A stretch of 64,000 nucleotides of DNA, taken from NCBI GenBank assembly GCA_038224265.1, contig JBBRFN010000001.1:2024-66023 (forward strand). The letters are read 5' to 3'. Positions 1 through 8,664 of the stretch are shown here, one piece after another (the stretch's first letter is position 1; each line of letters starts with the position of its first letter). The notes beneath the pieces are model-generated. The model was not told the DNA's origin. It was given only the letters and a program-made list of their open reading frames with translations, and searched no databases. Source of the DNA: Lysobacterales bacterium. Its GTDB lineage: Bacteria; Pseudomonadota; Gammaproteobacteria; Xanthomonadales; Ahniellaceae. Position numbers and translations under genes: made by a program.

Positions 1-1091
1 TCGCCGAGTTGGCCCGCGCTGGCAGCGAACTGGTGCGCATCACGGTTAACAATGCCGAAGCTGCCGCGGCGGTGCCGAAAATTCGCGATCGCCTCGACAT
101 GATGGGAGTCGGGGTGCCCTTGATCGGCGACTTCCACTACAACGGACACACCCTGCTCGCCGATGAGCCAGCCTGCGCCGAAGCGCTGGCCAAGTACCGT
201 ATCAACCCGGGCAATGTCGGGTTCGGCCGCAAGAGGGATACCCAGTTCAGCGCGATCATCGAGTTTGCGCTCAGGTACGACAAACCGGTCCGCATCGGCG
301 CCAACTGGGGCTCGCTCGACCAGTCGATGGTGGTGGCGATGATGGACGAAAACGCGCAGCGCGCGGCACCCTGGGATGCGGCACGTGTAGGGCGCGAGGC
401 GCTGATCCGCAGCGCACTGGACTCCGCCGCCCGCGCCATCGAGCTGGGCATGGCGAAAGACCGCATCATCCTCAGCGCCAAGGTGTCCGGCGTGCAGGAA
501 CTGATCGCGGTTTACCGCAACCTCGCCGAGCGCTGCGACTTCGCCCTGCATCTGGGCCTGACCGAAGCCGGTATCGGCAGCAAGGGTATCGTGGCCTCTG
601 CGGCCGCACTCAGCGTGCTGCTCGGCGAGGGTATCGGCGACACCATCCGCATCTCGCTGACTCCCGAGCCCGACGAGTCGCGCTCGCGTGAGGTGATCGT
701 CGCGCAGGAGCTGCTGCAGACCATGGGGCTGCGCGCCTTTACCCCGATGGTCACCGCCTGCCCGGGCTGCGGCCGCACCACCAGCGTGTTCTTCCAGGAA
801 CTGGCCAAGACCGTGCAGGACCACGTGCGCGCGCGGATGCCGGAGTGGAAGCTCAAGTACGACGGGGTGGAGAACATGACCCTCGCGGTCATGGGCTGCG
901 TGGTCAATGGCCCCGGCGAATCCAAACACGCCAATATCGGCATCTCGCTGCCCGGCACCGGCGAAGCACCCACCGCACCGGTGTTCATCGACGGCGTCAA
1001 GGCGATGACCTTGCGTGGCGAGGGCATCGCACAGGAGTTCGTGGGGATCATCGAAGACTACGTCGATCGGAAGTACGTGCAGCGCAGTTGA
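1..1091 (+). CDS. ispG: 4-hydroxy-3-methylbut-2-en-1-yl diphosphate synthase IspG/GcpE, 5'-truncated by the window edge
   Basis: ORF 9..1091 shows IspG hallmarks ([43 protein letters not shown]). The frame stays open back to base 3, so the listed start (TTG at 9) is internal. Confidence 0.93.
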   Translation, partial: AELARAGSELVRITVNNAEAAAAVPKIRDRLDMMGVGVPLIGDFHYNGHTLLADEPACAEALAKYRINPGNVGFGRKRDTQFSAIIEFALRYDKPVRIGANWGSLDQSMVVAMMDENAQRAAPWDAARVGREALIRSALDSAARAIELGMAKDRIILSAKVSGVQELIAVYRNLAERCDFALHLGLTEAGIGSKGIVASAAALSVLLGEGIGDTIRISLTPEPDESRSREVIVAQELLQTMGLRAFTPMVTACPGCGRTTSVFFQELAKTVQDHVRARMPEWKLKYDGVENMTLAVMGCVVNGPGESKHANIGISLPGTGEAPTAPVFIDGVKAMTLRGEGIAQEFVGIIEDYVDRKYVQRS

Positions 1092-1107
1092 GCGCGCCCG
1101 AAAGGCG

Positions 1108-1272
1108 CTGGGCACCCGCCTTCGCGGGTGCGACGATGCTGTGTTTTGCGGATTCCAAGTCGGTGCGTTTCGTGGGTGCCCAACGGCTTTCGCCGTAGCC
1201 CGATCGCTCCAATGCCTCACCATCGCACCCGCGAATCACATAATCGTCGCACCCGCGAAGGCGGGTGCCCAG
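1108..1272. repeat. REP/MITE-like element with perfect 30-bp inverted repeats (1108-1137 and 1243-1272) around a 105-bp core
   Basis: CTGGGCACCCGCCTTCGCGGGTGCGACGAT at 1108-1137 is the exact reverse complement of 1243-1272. Each arm contains its own 7-bp stem hairpin (CACCCGC-CTTC-GCGGGTG). Degenerate partial copies lie inside (ATCGCACCCGCGAA near 1223-1236). It lies in the gap between the ends of ispG and the convergent methyltransferase gene. Confidence 0.8.
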
Positions 1273-1387
1273 TGACTTTCGCTGTTCGCGATACTCGAGA
1301 CCAGCAAGGTTCCCGGTCACCACGCCCGTTGCTGACGACAGCAGGAGCAACAGCAGCAGCGAAGCTACGGCAGCGTCCCGCGACCGC

Positions 1388-2155
1388 TCAATTGCGCTTT
1401 CGCGGCGCAGCTTGGCGGCGTGCCGGTTGCAGACTGGCAAACACACCATCGAGTATCGGGCGCGCGTCGAATCCCGCGAGCTGCAGTCGCCGGCATACTT
1501 CTGCGGGCAGGTCGCGGCCGTGGCTCATGCGATTGGGCGTGCCGGTGTAGTGGAACATGCTGCCGCCGGGGCGCAGCACCCGCGCGAGCTGGTCGTAAAA
1601 CGAACCGGAATACAGTTCTCCCGCGATGCCGAAGCGCGGCGGGTCATGCAGGATCGCATCGACCGAGCTGTCGGGAAGGGTCGTGATCGCCTGCACGACA
1701 TCGGCGTGGTTCAGCGTCAACCGCCCCACGGACTGCGCGTCATGCGGATCCGGCGACCACGGATTGATCTCCCGCAGCCACAGTACGTCGGCGTTCTTCT
1801 CGAACGACAGTACGTGTTGGGCGCCCGCTTCGAGGCAGCACGCCGCGAAGTAACCAAGACCGCCGCAGGTGTCGAGCACGGACTTGTTGCGCGGTGCGAT
1901 GAGTGCGACCTTGCGCTGTGCATCGGCGTACGGCGACAGCTGCGCGGTAGGCAGCATCTTGATGCCATCGATCTCGAAGGTCGGTGCGCCCCATTCGGTG
2001 GGCACCAGCTTGATCAACGCACCGCTGTAGCGCTGGACTGCGAGGTAGTCGGTACCGTCGGCGAAGTAGATGGTGCGGCCTTTGAGACCTTCAGGCCAGG
2101 GATGGCGTTGCGCGTCCACCCGAAATCCTTCGGTGTCCAGCGTTACGCGGCTCAT
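1388..2155 (-). CDS. class I SAM-dependent methyltransferase (DPPRF motif, N-methyltransferase-like)
   Basis: ORF 1388..2491, with the start placed at the internal ATG at 2155 (MSRVTLDTEG). It has SAM motif I (VLDTCGGLGYF) and ILHDPPRFG. The upstream part of the ORF is Arg/Gly-rich and overlaps the divergent cupin gene region. Confidence 0.75.
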   Translation of the reverse strand: MSRVTLDTEGFRVDAQRHPWPEGLKGRTIYFADGTDYLAVQRYSGALIKLVPTEWGAPTFEIDGIKMLPTAQLSPYADAQRKVALIAPRNKSVLDTCGGLGYFAACCLEAGAQHVLSFEKNADVLWLREINPWSPDPHDAQSVGRLTLNHADVVQAITTLPDSSVDAILHDPPRFGIAGELYSGSFYDQLARVLRPGGSMFHYTGTPNRMSHGRDLPAEVCRRLQLAGFDARPILDGVFASLQPARRQAAPRKRN

Positions 2156-2341
2156 GGTCCGGCCGAGGTCGAGCGAGCCTTCCCAGATCGAGTCGCCCGC
2201 AGCGAACGCACTCTGGATGCTGTTCGCGACATCGCAAGTCAACAGCGGACCGCAGTATCGACTCACGCTGTCGCGGCCAGTTGCAGGATGCCGAAGCGTA
2301 GCAGACGCTATGCTCGGCCCGCCCGCCATTGGACGTCGATC

Positions 2342-2731
2342 ATGCATCCGGAAATCCTTCGATACGATGCGACGACCGAGTACTGGTTCGACGAAGGCTG
2401 TTTCATCGCCGAGATATCCAACAGCGACAACGATCCGGCCGCCTCGATCGCGCGAGCGCGCGTACGGCCTGGCACCACGACACGCTGGCACCGGCTCGTC
2501 GATACGACCGAGCGCTACGTGCTGGTGTCGGGGTTTGGTCGCGTGGAAGTGGGCGACCTGCCGGCGCAGGACGTGGCGCCGGGGGATGTGGTGCTGATAC
2601 CGCCGGGCTGCCGTCAGCGCATTGCCTGCGTTGGCGTGGAGGAACTGGTGTTTCTCGCGATCTGCACGCCACGCTTTCGGGCTGCCGCCTACGAGGATAT
2701 CGATGCCTCGGCACGAACCTCAGCGCCCTAG
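2342..2731 (+). CDS. cupin domain protein
   Basis: This is the 3' part of ORF 1265..2731, starting at ATG 2342 (MHPEILRYD). The WHRL...ERYVLVSGFGRVEVGD...GDVVLIPPG pattern fits a cupin beta-barrel. The rest of the long ORF is antisense to the methyltransferase. Confidence 0.7.
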   Translation: MHPEILRYDATTEYWFDEGCFIAEISNSDNDPAASIARARVRPGTTTRWHRLVDTTERYVLVSGFGRVEVGDLPAQDVAPGDVVLIPPGCRQRIACVGVEELVFLAICTPRFRAAAYEDIDASARTSAP

Positions 2732-2813
2732 GGAGCCTCTGAACAGTCCCGCACACCGCGTTGATACGCCGTGCGCGGGACTTGTTCAGAGGCTCCCTGG
2801 CGATCGATCGGCA

Positions 2814-3749
2814 TCAACGCGGCGCGCTCGGCGGCTCCGAGCCGATATCGGGGTCGGTGACGGCGCGACGCGCCAGTTTCGCTTCGCGACGCGCGATGTA
2901 GAAGTTCGACGCGAAAATGATCGCCGAGCCGATCACCAGCGCGAGGCCGACCGCCTCGCCGAACACCAGCCACGCCAGCAGCGCCACGAACGGCAGCTGC
3001 ACGAAGCCGATCGGCGCGATCACCGAGGCATCGGCGAGTCGGATTGCGCGAGTCCACAGCATGTGTGCGCCGGTGCCAAGGAATCCCGCCAGTGCGACCC
3101 ACACCCACACCGTCGGCGAGGGCCAGATCCAGAACGGCAGGGCGGGGATCAGCGACAACGGTACCCAGATCAAGGTGGTGTAAAGGACGATGGTGTCGGG
3201 CGCTTCGGTGCGCGACAGGAACTTGATGCCGATCGAGACCGCGGCGCTCAGCACCGCCGCGAGGATCGCGATCAAGGTACCGAAACTGAAGCTCGCGCTG
3301 CCGGGCTGGACCACGATCAGCACGCCGATGAAGCCGATGACCACCGCAGTCCAGCGCCGGACCCGCACCACCTCGCCCAGCACCAGCACCGCACCGATGG
3401 TGATGAACAGCGGCGTCGCATAGGAGATCGCCACCGCCTGCGCGAGCGGCAGGTGGATCAGCGCCCAGAAACCGGCCAGCATGGAGATGATTCCGATCGT
3501 GCAGCGCACGAAGTACAGCGGCAGCTTGTCGGTGCGCAGGATCGCGAAACCATGCCGATACAGGATCGGCAACGCCGCGATCAGGCCGAAGAAGTTGCGG
3601 AAGAACGCGATCTCGAACGCGTGCAGTTCGCTCGATGCGAGACGGATCATGATCGCCATGATGCCGAACAGCAGGGCGCTGCCGATCATGTAGACCACTG
3701 CCCGCGTCACCTGTGCGCCGGCATCGGGCTCCTGAGTTTGCACGCTCAT
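2814..3749 (-). CDS. EamA/DMT family transporter
   Basis: ORF 2814..3782 is about ten-helix, hydrophobic and has a duplicated EamA-like architecture. The likely start is ATG 3749 (MSVQTQEP). Confidence 0.85.
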   Translation of the reverse strand: MSVQTQEPDAGAQVTRAVVYMIGSALLFGIMAIMIRLASSELHAFEIAFFRNFFGLIAALPILYRHGFAILRTDKLPLYFVRCTIGIISMLAGFWALIHLPLAQAVAISYATPLFITIGAVLVLGEVVRVRRWTAVVIGFIGVLIVVQPGSASFSFGTLIAILAAVLSAAVSIGIKFLSRTEAPDTIVLYTTLIWVPLSLIPALPFWIWPSPTVWVWVALAGFLGTGAHMLWTRAIRLADASVIAPIGFVQLPFVALLAWLVFGEAVGLALVIGSAIIFASNFYIARREAKLARRAVTDPDIGSEPPSAPR

Positions 3750-3818
3750 GCCAGCGACGGCTGCGGCATCGCAATGCGCCACGGCGACGCGTATGGCCGA
3801 CGCCGGTGCAGGCTTTTC

Positions 3819-4382
3819 TCAGGCGCGACCAGCGAACTCACCGGTTTCGGTACTGACCCGGATCTTCTCGCCGGTGACGATGTATTCCGGAACCTGGATT
3901 TCGATGCCGGTGGTCAGGATCGCAGGCTTCGGTCGCTTGGTAGCGGTCGCGCCCTTGAGTTCGGGCGCTGTTTCAACGACTTCCAAAACCACGTGCTGGG
4001 GCAGCGCTAGGCTGATCGGCGTCTCGTCCTTGATCATGACCTGGCAGTCCTCCAGCCCGTCGGTGATGTAGCCGGCCAGTTCACCGACCGTGTCCGGGCC
4101 GAGCAGGTACTGGGTGTAGTCCTCGGCATCCATGAACATGAAATTGTCGCCGTCGCGGTACGAAAACGTCGCCGTGCGCCGGCTCAGATCGACCTCGGGC
4201 AGGTCGTCGTCGGCGCGCAGGCTCAGGTCGAGCTTGATGCCGCCGGGCACGCTGTAGAGCGCGAAGCGGTAGGTCGTATTGCCACCACGGCCGGTTGGCG
4301 CGCTGCGCTCGACGCCGCGCACGCTATAGGTGACTCCGTTGTATTCGACGACGTTGCCGCGTTTGAGGTCGTAGGCTTTCAT
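3819..4382 (-). CDS. efpL: elongation factor P-like protein EfpL (YeiP)
   Basis: The 187-aa product aligns along its length with my recollection of E. coli YeiP ([24 protein letters not shown] loop with Arg at the tip, [26 protein letters not shown]). Confidence 0.9.
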   Translation of the reverse strand: MKAYDLKRGNVVEYNGVTYSVRGVERSAPTGRGGNTTYRFALYSVPGGIKLDLSLRADDDLPEVDLSRRTATFSYRDGDNFMFMDAEDYTQYLLGPDTVGELAGYITDGLEDCQVMIKDETPISLALPQHVVLEVVETAPELKGATATKRPKPAILTTGIEIQVPEYIVTGEKIRVSTETGEFAGRA

Positions 4383-4441
4383 GGGGTCTGGCGGGTGTGG
4401 TGGGTTGGAGGTTGTTTGCTTTGTTTGGGGGTAAAGGCCAC

Positions 4442-4574
4442 AGGGTATAGGGCCCAGGGCTCAGGGCCCAGCGGTTTGAGGCAAGCTCGGGCGTCTCGCT
4501 GGCGTTCGTAAACTGAAGAGCATCGACTTGCCGCGCGTTCGCATCGAAGTTCTGGGCCCCGGGCCCTGTACCCT
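4442..4574. repeat. imperfect GGGCCC-rich inverted repeat pair flanking about 80 bp
   Basis: AGGGTATAGGGCCCAGGGCTCAGGGCCCAG (4442-4471) matches the reverse complement of CTGGGCCCCGGGCCCTGTACCCT (4552-4574). The right arm overlaps the stop codon of the SDR gene. Confidence 0.55.
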
Positions 4575-5340
4575 ACTTCGGCTGCAACCTCACCGCCCCG
4601 TCCACCCGAATCACCCCACCATTCAAATACCGATTGGTAAGGATGAAAGCGACGGTGGCGGCGAATTCTTCGGGTTTGCCGAGGCGCGAAGGGTAGGGAA
4701 CCTGGGCGCACAGCGAGTCGTACACGGCTTGCGGCATGCCGTCGACCATCGGCGTGTGGAACACGCCCGGAGCCACGGTCATCATGCGCACCCCGATGCG
4801 CGCGAACTCGCGCGCGATCGGCAGCGTCATCCCGACCACGCCACCCTTCGATGCGGCATAGGCGGCTTGGCCGATCTGCCCCTCGAACGCTGCAATCGAC
4901 GCGGTGTTGACGATCACACCGCGCTCACCATCCTCTCCCGGCGCATTGTTCTGCATCACGGCAGCGGCGAGTCGGGCGATGTTGAACGAGCCGACCAGAT
5001 TGACCCGCAGGGTGGTTTCGAATCGGGACAGGGGCATCGGGCCTTCCTTGCCCAGTACCCGGCCCGCACCAAGGATGCCGGCGCAATTGATCGCCACGTT
5101 CAAGCCGCCCATCTGAATGACCGCTGCGTCGATCGCGGCCTGCGCGCTGGCTTCCGAGCTCACGTCGCAATGTGCATAGCTGGCCTGCGCGCCGAGTGCG
5201 GCGGCTGCTGCCTGGCCCTTGTCATCGTTGAGGTCGAGCAGGGCGACGCGGGCTCCGCGGTCGACCAGAAAGCGGGCTACTGCTTCACCCAAGCCTGATG
5301 CGCCGCCGGTGACAATGGCCTTGACCTGATTGATTTCCAT
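4573..5340 (-). CDS. SDR family 3-hydroxyacyl-CoA / 3-hydroxy-2-methylbutyryl-CoA dehydrogenase (HSD17B10-like)
   Basis: The 255-aa product has TGGASGLG, NCAG and YAASKGGV motifs, and its C-terminal region is typical of type II hydroxyacyl-CoA dehydrogenases. Confidence 0.88.
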   Translation of the reverse strand: MEINQVKAIVTGGASGLGEAVARFLVDRGARVALLDLNDDKGQAAAAALGAQASYAHCDVSSEASAQAAIDAAVIQMGGLNVAINCAGILGAGRVLGKEGPMPLSRFETTLRVNLVGSFNIARLAAAVMQNNAPGEDGERGVIVNTASIAAFEGQIGQAAYAASKGGVVGMTLPIAREFARIGVRMMTVAPGVFHTPMVDGMPQAVYDSLCAQVPYPSRLGKPEEFAATVAFILTNRYLNGGVIRVDGAVRLQPK

Positions 5341-5475
5341 GCCGTGGTGATCAAGACTAACGAACGCCTGCCATTGTAGCGGAACCCGGCCGCAAGGCTG
5401 AGCCGCCGGCGGCTACTGGGGCGCCCTTCAGGTTCAGGGCGCCATACTGACCGTGACTACTGCGAGGATTACCCC

Positions 5476-6030
5476 ATGCAAGTCCGTCGAATTTCCACCC
5501 TCGGTGCAGTGGCTTCGCTGCTGCTGCTTTCTTCCGGCCTGGCCAGCGCGGCCGGCTACACCGTCGAAGATGCGCGCAAGGGCCCGGTTCGCGCCGAGTC
5601 GCGCAACGTCAGCGGTGGGGCCGAGTTGCGCCTGTCCGATCGGCGCATCAGCCCCAGTCTGATCGAGCGACTCGATCAGAAACTCGGCGCACTGCCCGCG
5701 CAGGGCGACAAGGGCGGGACCGTTCGGATCGCCAAGGCCGAGGCGGCGATGTTCGTCGAAAACGCATTCGCATATCCGGGCACCGCGTCGAACTCGGCCG
5801 CGATCCGCGATGCGGCCAACAACCAGTTCCCCGACGAGCTGACCGTCTTGCGCGACGCTTCGCCGACCTCGCGGCGGAGCTACCGGGTCACCATCGCGGG
5901 CGAGGTGGACGGGCGCGCATTCAGCGCCAGCAGCGAAGTCGCGTTCAGAGGCTCGGAGCGTCCGCGCGAGCTCAACCGCGCCATCGAGGCCGCGCTGGCC
6001 GACGCAACGCAGCAGATCGCCGGCGGTTGA
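5476..6030 (+). CDS. exported hypothetical protein
   Basis: The 184-aa ORF has an N-terminal signal peptide (LLLLSSGLASAAG) and balanced composition. I recognise no family. Confidence 0.6.
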   Translation: MQVRRISTLGAVASLLLLSSGLASAAGYTVEDARKGPVRAESRNVSGGAELRLSDRRISPSLIERLDQKLGALPAQGDKGGTVRIAKAEAAMFVENAFAYPGTASNSAAIRDAANNQFPDELTVLRDASPTSRRSYRVTIAGEVDGRAFSASSEVAFRGSERPRELNRAIEAALADATQQIAGG

Positions 6031-6048
6031 GGTGCGGCAAACGCGCGG

Positions 6049-6540
6049 CTACACCGCGCGCAGGTAGAACCGGTTGCAGCCAAAGTGACCGGTGCTACCC
6101 ATCGACGCGGGTATCCGCTGGAATCCGGCCTTTTCGTATAGGGCCTGCGCGGCGTCCATGCCGGTGAGCGTTTCCAGATAGCAGTGCTTGAATCCCGCTG
6201 TGCGCGCGCTGTCCAGACAGGTTTCGATCATCGCGCGCCCGGCGCCAAGACCGCGTGCTGCTGGCAGGAAGTACATCTTGCGCAGCTCGCACACGCCCGG
6301 ATCGCCACCGTCGAGCGGCGCGATACCGCCGCCACCCACCACCACGCCTGCGCGTTCGACCACGAAATAGGCGCAGCCGTGTCGCGCATAGGCGCGCGCC
6401 ATATGGTCGACCTCCGGGTCGTGGATCGCAAAGCCTGGCCCGCTGGCGCCGAACTCCGGCATGACGCTGCGGATGATCGCCGCGATGGCAGGATCGTCGG
6501 CGGGGGTGATGGGTCGGATCGAGAATTCTGGTTTCGGCAT
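6049..6540 (-). CDS. GNAT family N-acetyltransferase
   Basis: ORF 6049..6588 with the start placed at ATG 6540 (MPKPEFSIRP). It has the acetyl-CoA motif RGLGAGRAM and YEKAGF. Confidence 0.85.
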   Translation of the reverse strand: MPKPEFSIRPITPADDPAIAAIIRSVMPEFGASGPGFAIHDPEVDHMARAYARHGCAYFVVERAGVVVGGGGIAPLDGGDPGVCELRKMYFLPAARGLGAGRAMIETCLDSARTAGFKHCYLETLTGMDAAQALYEKAGFQRIPASMGSTGHFGCNRFYLRAV

Positions 6541-6603
6541 GGCGTTGTCTGCAGTTGGTGATCGTTGGAGTGCCCGCGAGGGCGCCACTGAATCCGCGAT
6601 CGA

Positions 6604-8664
6604 TCAGGTTTCGAGTTGCGCCCGCACCACGTCTGCGAGACCTTGCAGCGCCGCGCTGCCATCGAACAGGATCGGTACTGCCGCGTCGATGCGGCGCGAA
6701 AGCTCCATGCGCAGGTCGCGGTTGGATGCCACCGCGACCGCCCGCTCCACCAGCGCCTGCGGATCGGGGCAGGCAAGCTCCGCATCCAGTTGCATCGAGC
6801 GCAACATGCCGAAGGACTGTCGGCCCCGCATGAACGGACCGGGGCAGGTGACCACCGGCAGTCTGCAGCGCAACGCGTCGACCGTGTTGGCGCCACCCGA
6901 CCAGTGCAGGGTGTCGAGCATCACGTCGGCGATCGCACAAAGGCCCAGAAACCTCGGTCGGGGCAGGTAAGGCAGCACGCGCAGCTGGCGCTGCGGATCG
7001 GCCCCGACCTCGCGCAATGCCGCATCCAGCCGACGTCCGATAGTTTCGCGCACCACTGGCCGGTCGAATCGGAACGTGAGCAGGATCGCGCGCGGATCGC
7101 TGGCGGCAATCCGTGCGAACACCTGATCGCAATCGGGATGCAGTTTGGGCGCGACATGCGGCACCAGATACAGGTGAGCGTCCAGCGGCAGGTCGAAGTC
7201 CGCGCGCGTGACCGCAGCCGGCTCGCCCGGATCGAAGAACGCGGTGCCGGTGCCGGGCAGCAGGTGCAGCGCCTCGCGATAGTGGTCGGCGGCATCGGCC
7301 GGCTCCATCGAGGCGCAGCTGATGAAGCCATCGATGCTCGGCAACCCGGTCGTCACCGGATGCCCCCAGCCGGCCAGCTGGCGTGGCGCAAGCCGCATGC
7401 TGGCGAGCAGGGTGGCGCGTGCATCGATGCCCACATCGGGATAGATCAACACATCCATATCGGCGTCGCGGATCGCCTGCGCCATGCCCTCGATCGAGCC
7501 GGACAGGTAGGCGCAGGCCGAGGCGCGCGCGACCATGCCGGCGGTGGACGCATCGGCAGGCGTATCGATGAGGAAAACCGATGGCGCAAGATCGGCGTCC
7601 GCCAAGCCGCCGATCCAGCCGCCGAAGTAGTTGCCGAGCACCGAGCGATAGAAGCCCGACGACACCAGCCCGATGCGCGGCGCGCCGCTGCGTCGCACTT
7701 CCCGCACGGGTCGTACCTGCGGTGCCATCGCTCCCAGCGCCAACTGCACCCAGTCGCCATAGCGGCCGGCCAGCTGCCGATCGTCACCGCCCTGATAGGC
7801 GAGCATCTGGTTGGTCCATGCCAGCTGTTCGAGGGCCGGATCGCACTGTCGCAGTCGCGCACGATCGAAGGTGGTTTCGATGTCTTGCAGGCCGCTGGCG
7901 AAGGCTGCCCGTGCCTCATGCAGGGTATTCGCGCTGGCGTAGACCATCGGCAGCGCGAGGCGCGCACCGAGTGCGGCGCGCAGCGCAGGCGTGCGCTGCC
8001 CGTCGCCCCCGAAGGCGGCGGCGATTCCGTATGCGCGCCGCGCCGCCTGCCAGTCGCTGCCCTCGCGCAGGCGATCGGCCGGCTCGGCTACCACCCGTAT
8101 CGACGCAGCGCCGTCGGAACCTGCAAGGGTGGCGCAACAGGCATCGGACATGCCGAGGGTTGCCTGCGCTGCCGCGAGGCGGATCGGATCGATGCGCGGG
8201 TCGCCCGCTACGCGCTGCACGCAGGCCGACAGTGTTTCGCCGGCGCCCTCGATGCCGATCAAGGCTTCGGTTTCCGCGCTGTCGAGGGCGACTTCGGGAT
8301 CATCGGGCCGCAGCGACAGCAGGTGCGCGAACACCTCGCGCGCCTCGCGCCAGTTGCGTCCGCCGCACAGCAGACGTGCGCGGTTGTACAGCGCATCGGT
8401 GTTACCGGGGTCGAGATCCAGCGCGCGCTGCACGTGGATTTCGGCGGCGCGCAGCGAGCCTGCCTTGGCCAGGCGCGAGCCGCGATTGTTGTGCGCTATC
8501 GCCAGCCTTTGGCGCAGCGCTTGATTGCCGGGGTGACGCACCTGCAATACCGACAGTGCGGCGATAACCTGATCGAGGTCGTCGGCGCGCAGCGCTGCGT
8601 TGATGTGCGCGACCAGCGCAGCATCATCGAGGCGGGTCAGCCCGGGATCCGGCGCTTCGCTCAC
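6604..8664 (-). CDS. TPR repeat / GT41 (O-GlcNAc-transferase-like, SPINDLY family) glycosyltransferase, paralogue a
   Basis: N-terminal TPRs (AHNNRGSRL...DALYNRARL) are followed by a GT41-like catalytic half (GLVSSGF, MRLAPRQLAGWGHPVTTG, KLHPD, DTLHWSGGANTVDAL...PVVT). The start is placed at GTG 8664, which overlaps the TGA of paralogue b (GTGA). The longer ORF to 8847 overlaps the upstream gene. Confidence 0.8.
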   Translation of the reverse strand: MSEAPDPGLTRLDDAALVAHINAALRADDLDQVIAALSVLQVRHPGNQALRQRLAIAHNNRGSRLAKAGSLRAAEIHVQRALDLDPGNTDALYNRARLLCGGRNWREAREVFAHLLSLRPDDPEVALDSAETEALIGIEGAGETLSACVQRVAGDPRIDPIRLAAAQATLGMSDACCATLAGSDGAASIRVVAEPADRLREGSDWQAARRAYGIAAAFGGDGQRTPALRAALGARLALPMVYASANTLHEARAAFASGLQDIETTFDRARLRQCDPALEQLAWTNQMLAYQGGDDRQLAGRYGDWVQLALGAMAPQVRPVREVRRSGAPRIGLVSSGFYRSVLGNYFGGWIGGLADADLAPSVFLIDTPADASTAGMVARASACAYLSGSIEGMAQAIRDADMDVLIYPDVGIDARATLLASMRLAPRQLAGWGHPVTTGLPSIDGFISCASMEPADAADHYREALHLLPGTGTAFFDPGEPAAVTRADFDLPLDAHLYLVPHVAPKLHPDCDQVFARIAASDPRAILLTFRFDRPVVRETIGRRLDAALREVGADPQRQLRVLPYLPRPRFLGLCAIADVMLDTLHWSGGANTVDALRCRLPVVTCPGPFMRGRQSFGMLRSMQLDAELACPDPQALVERAVAVASNRDLRMELSRRIDAAVPILFDGSAALQGLADVVRAQLET

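Noticed and set aside
1048-1449. 133-aa minus-strand ORF in the ispG/methyltransferase gap
   Set aside because: Its reading frame runs straight through both arms of the REP-like inverted repeat and overlaps the methyltransferase 3' end. The poly-Leu stretch comes from a CAG/CTG run, not from a convincing signal peptide.
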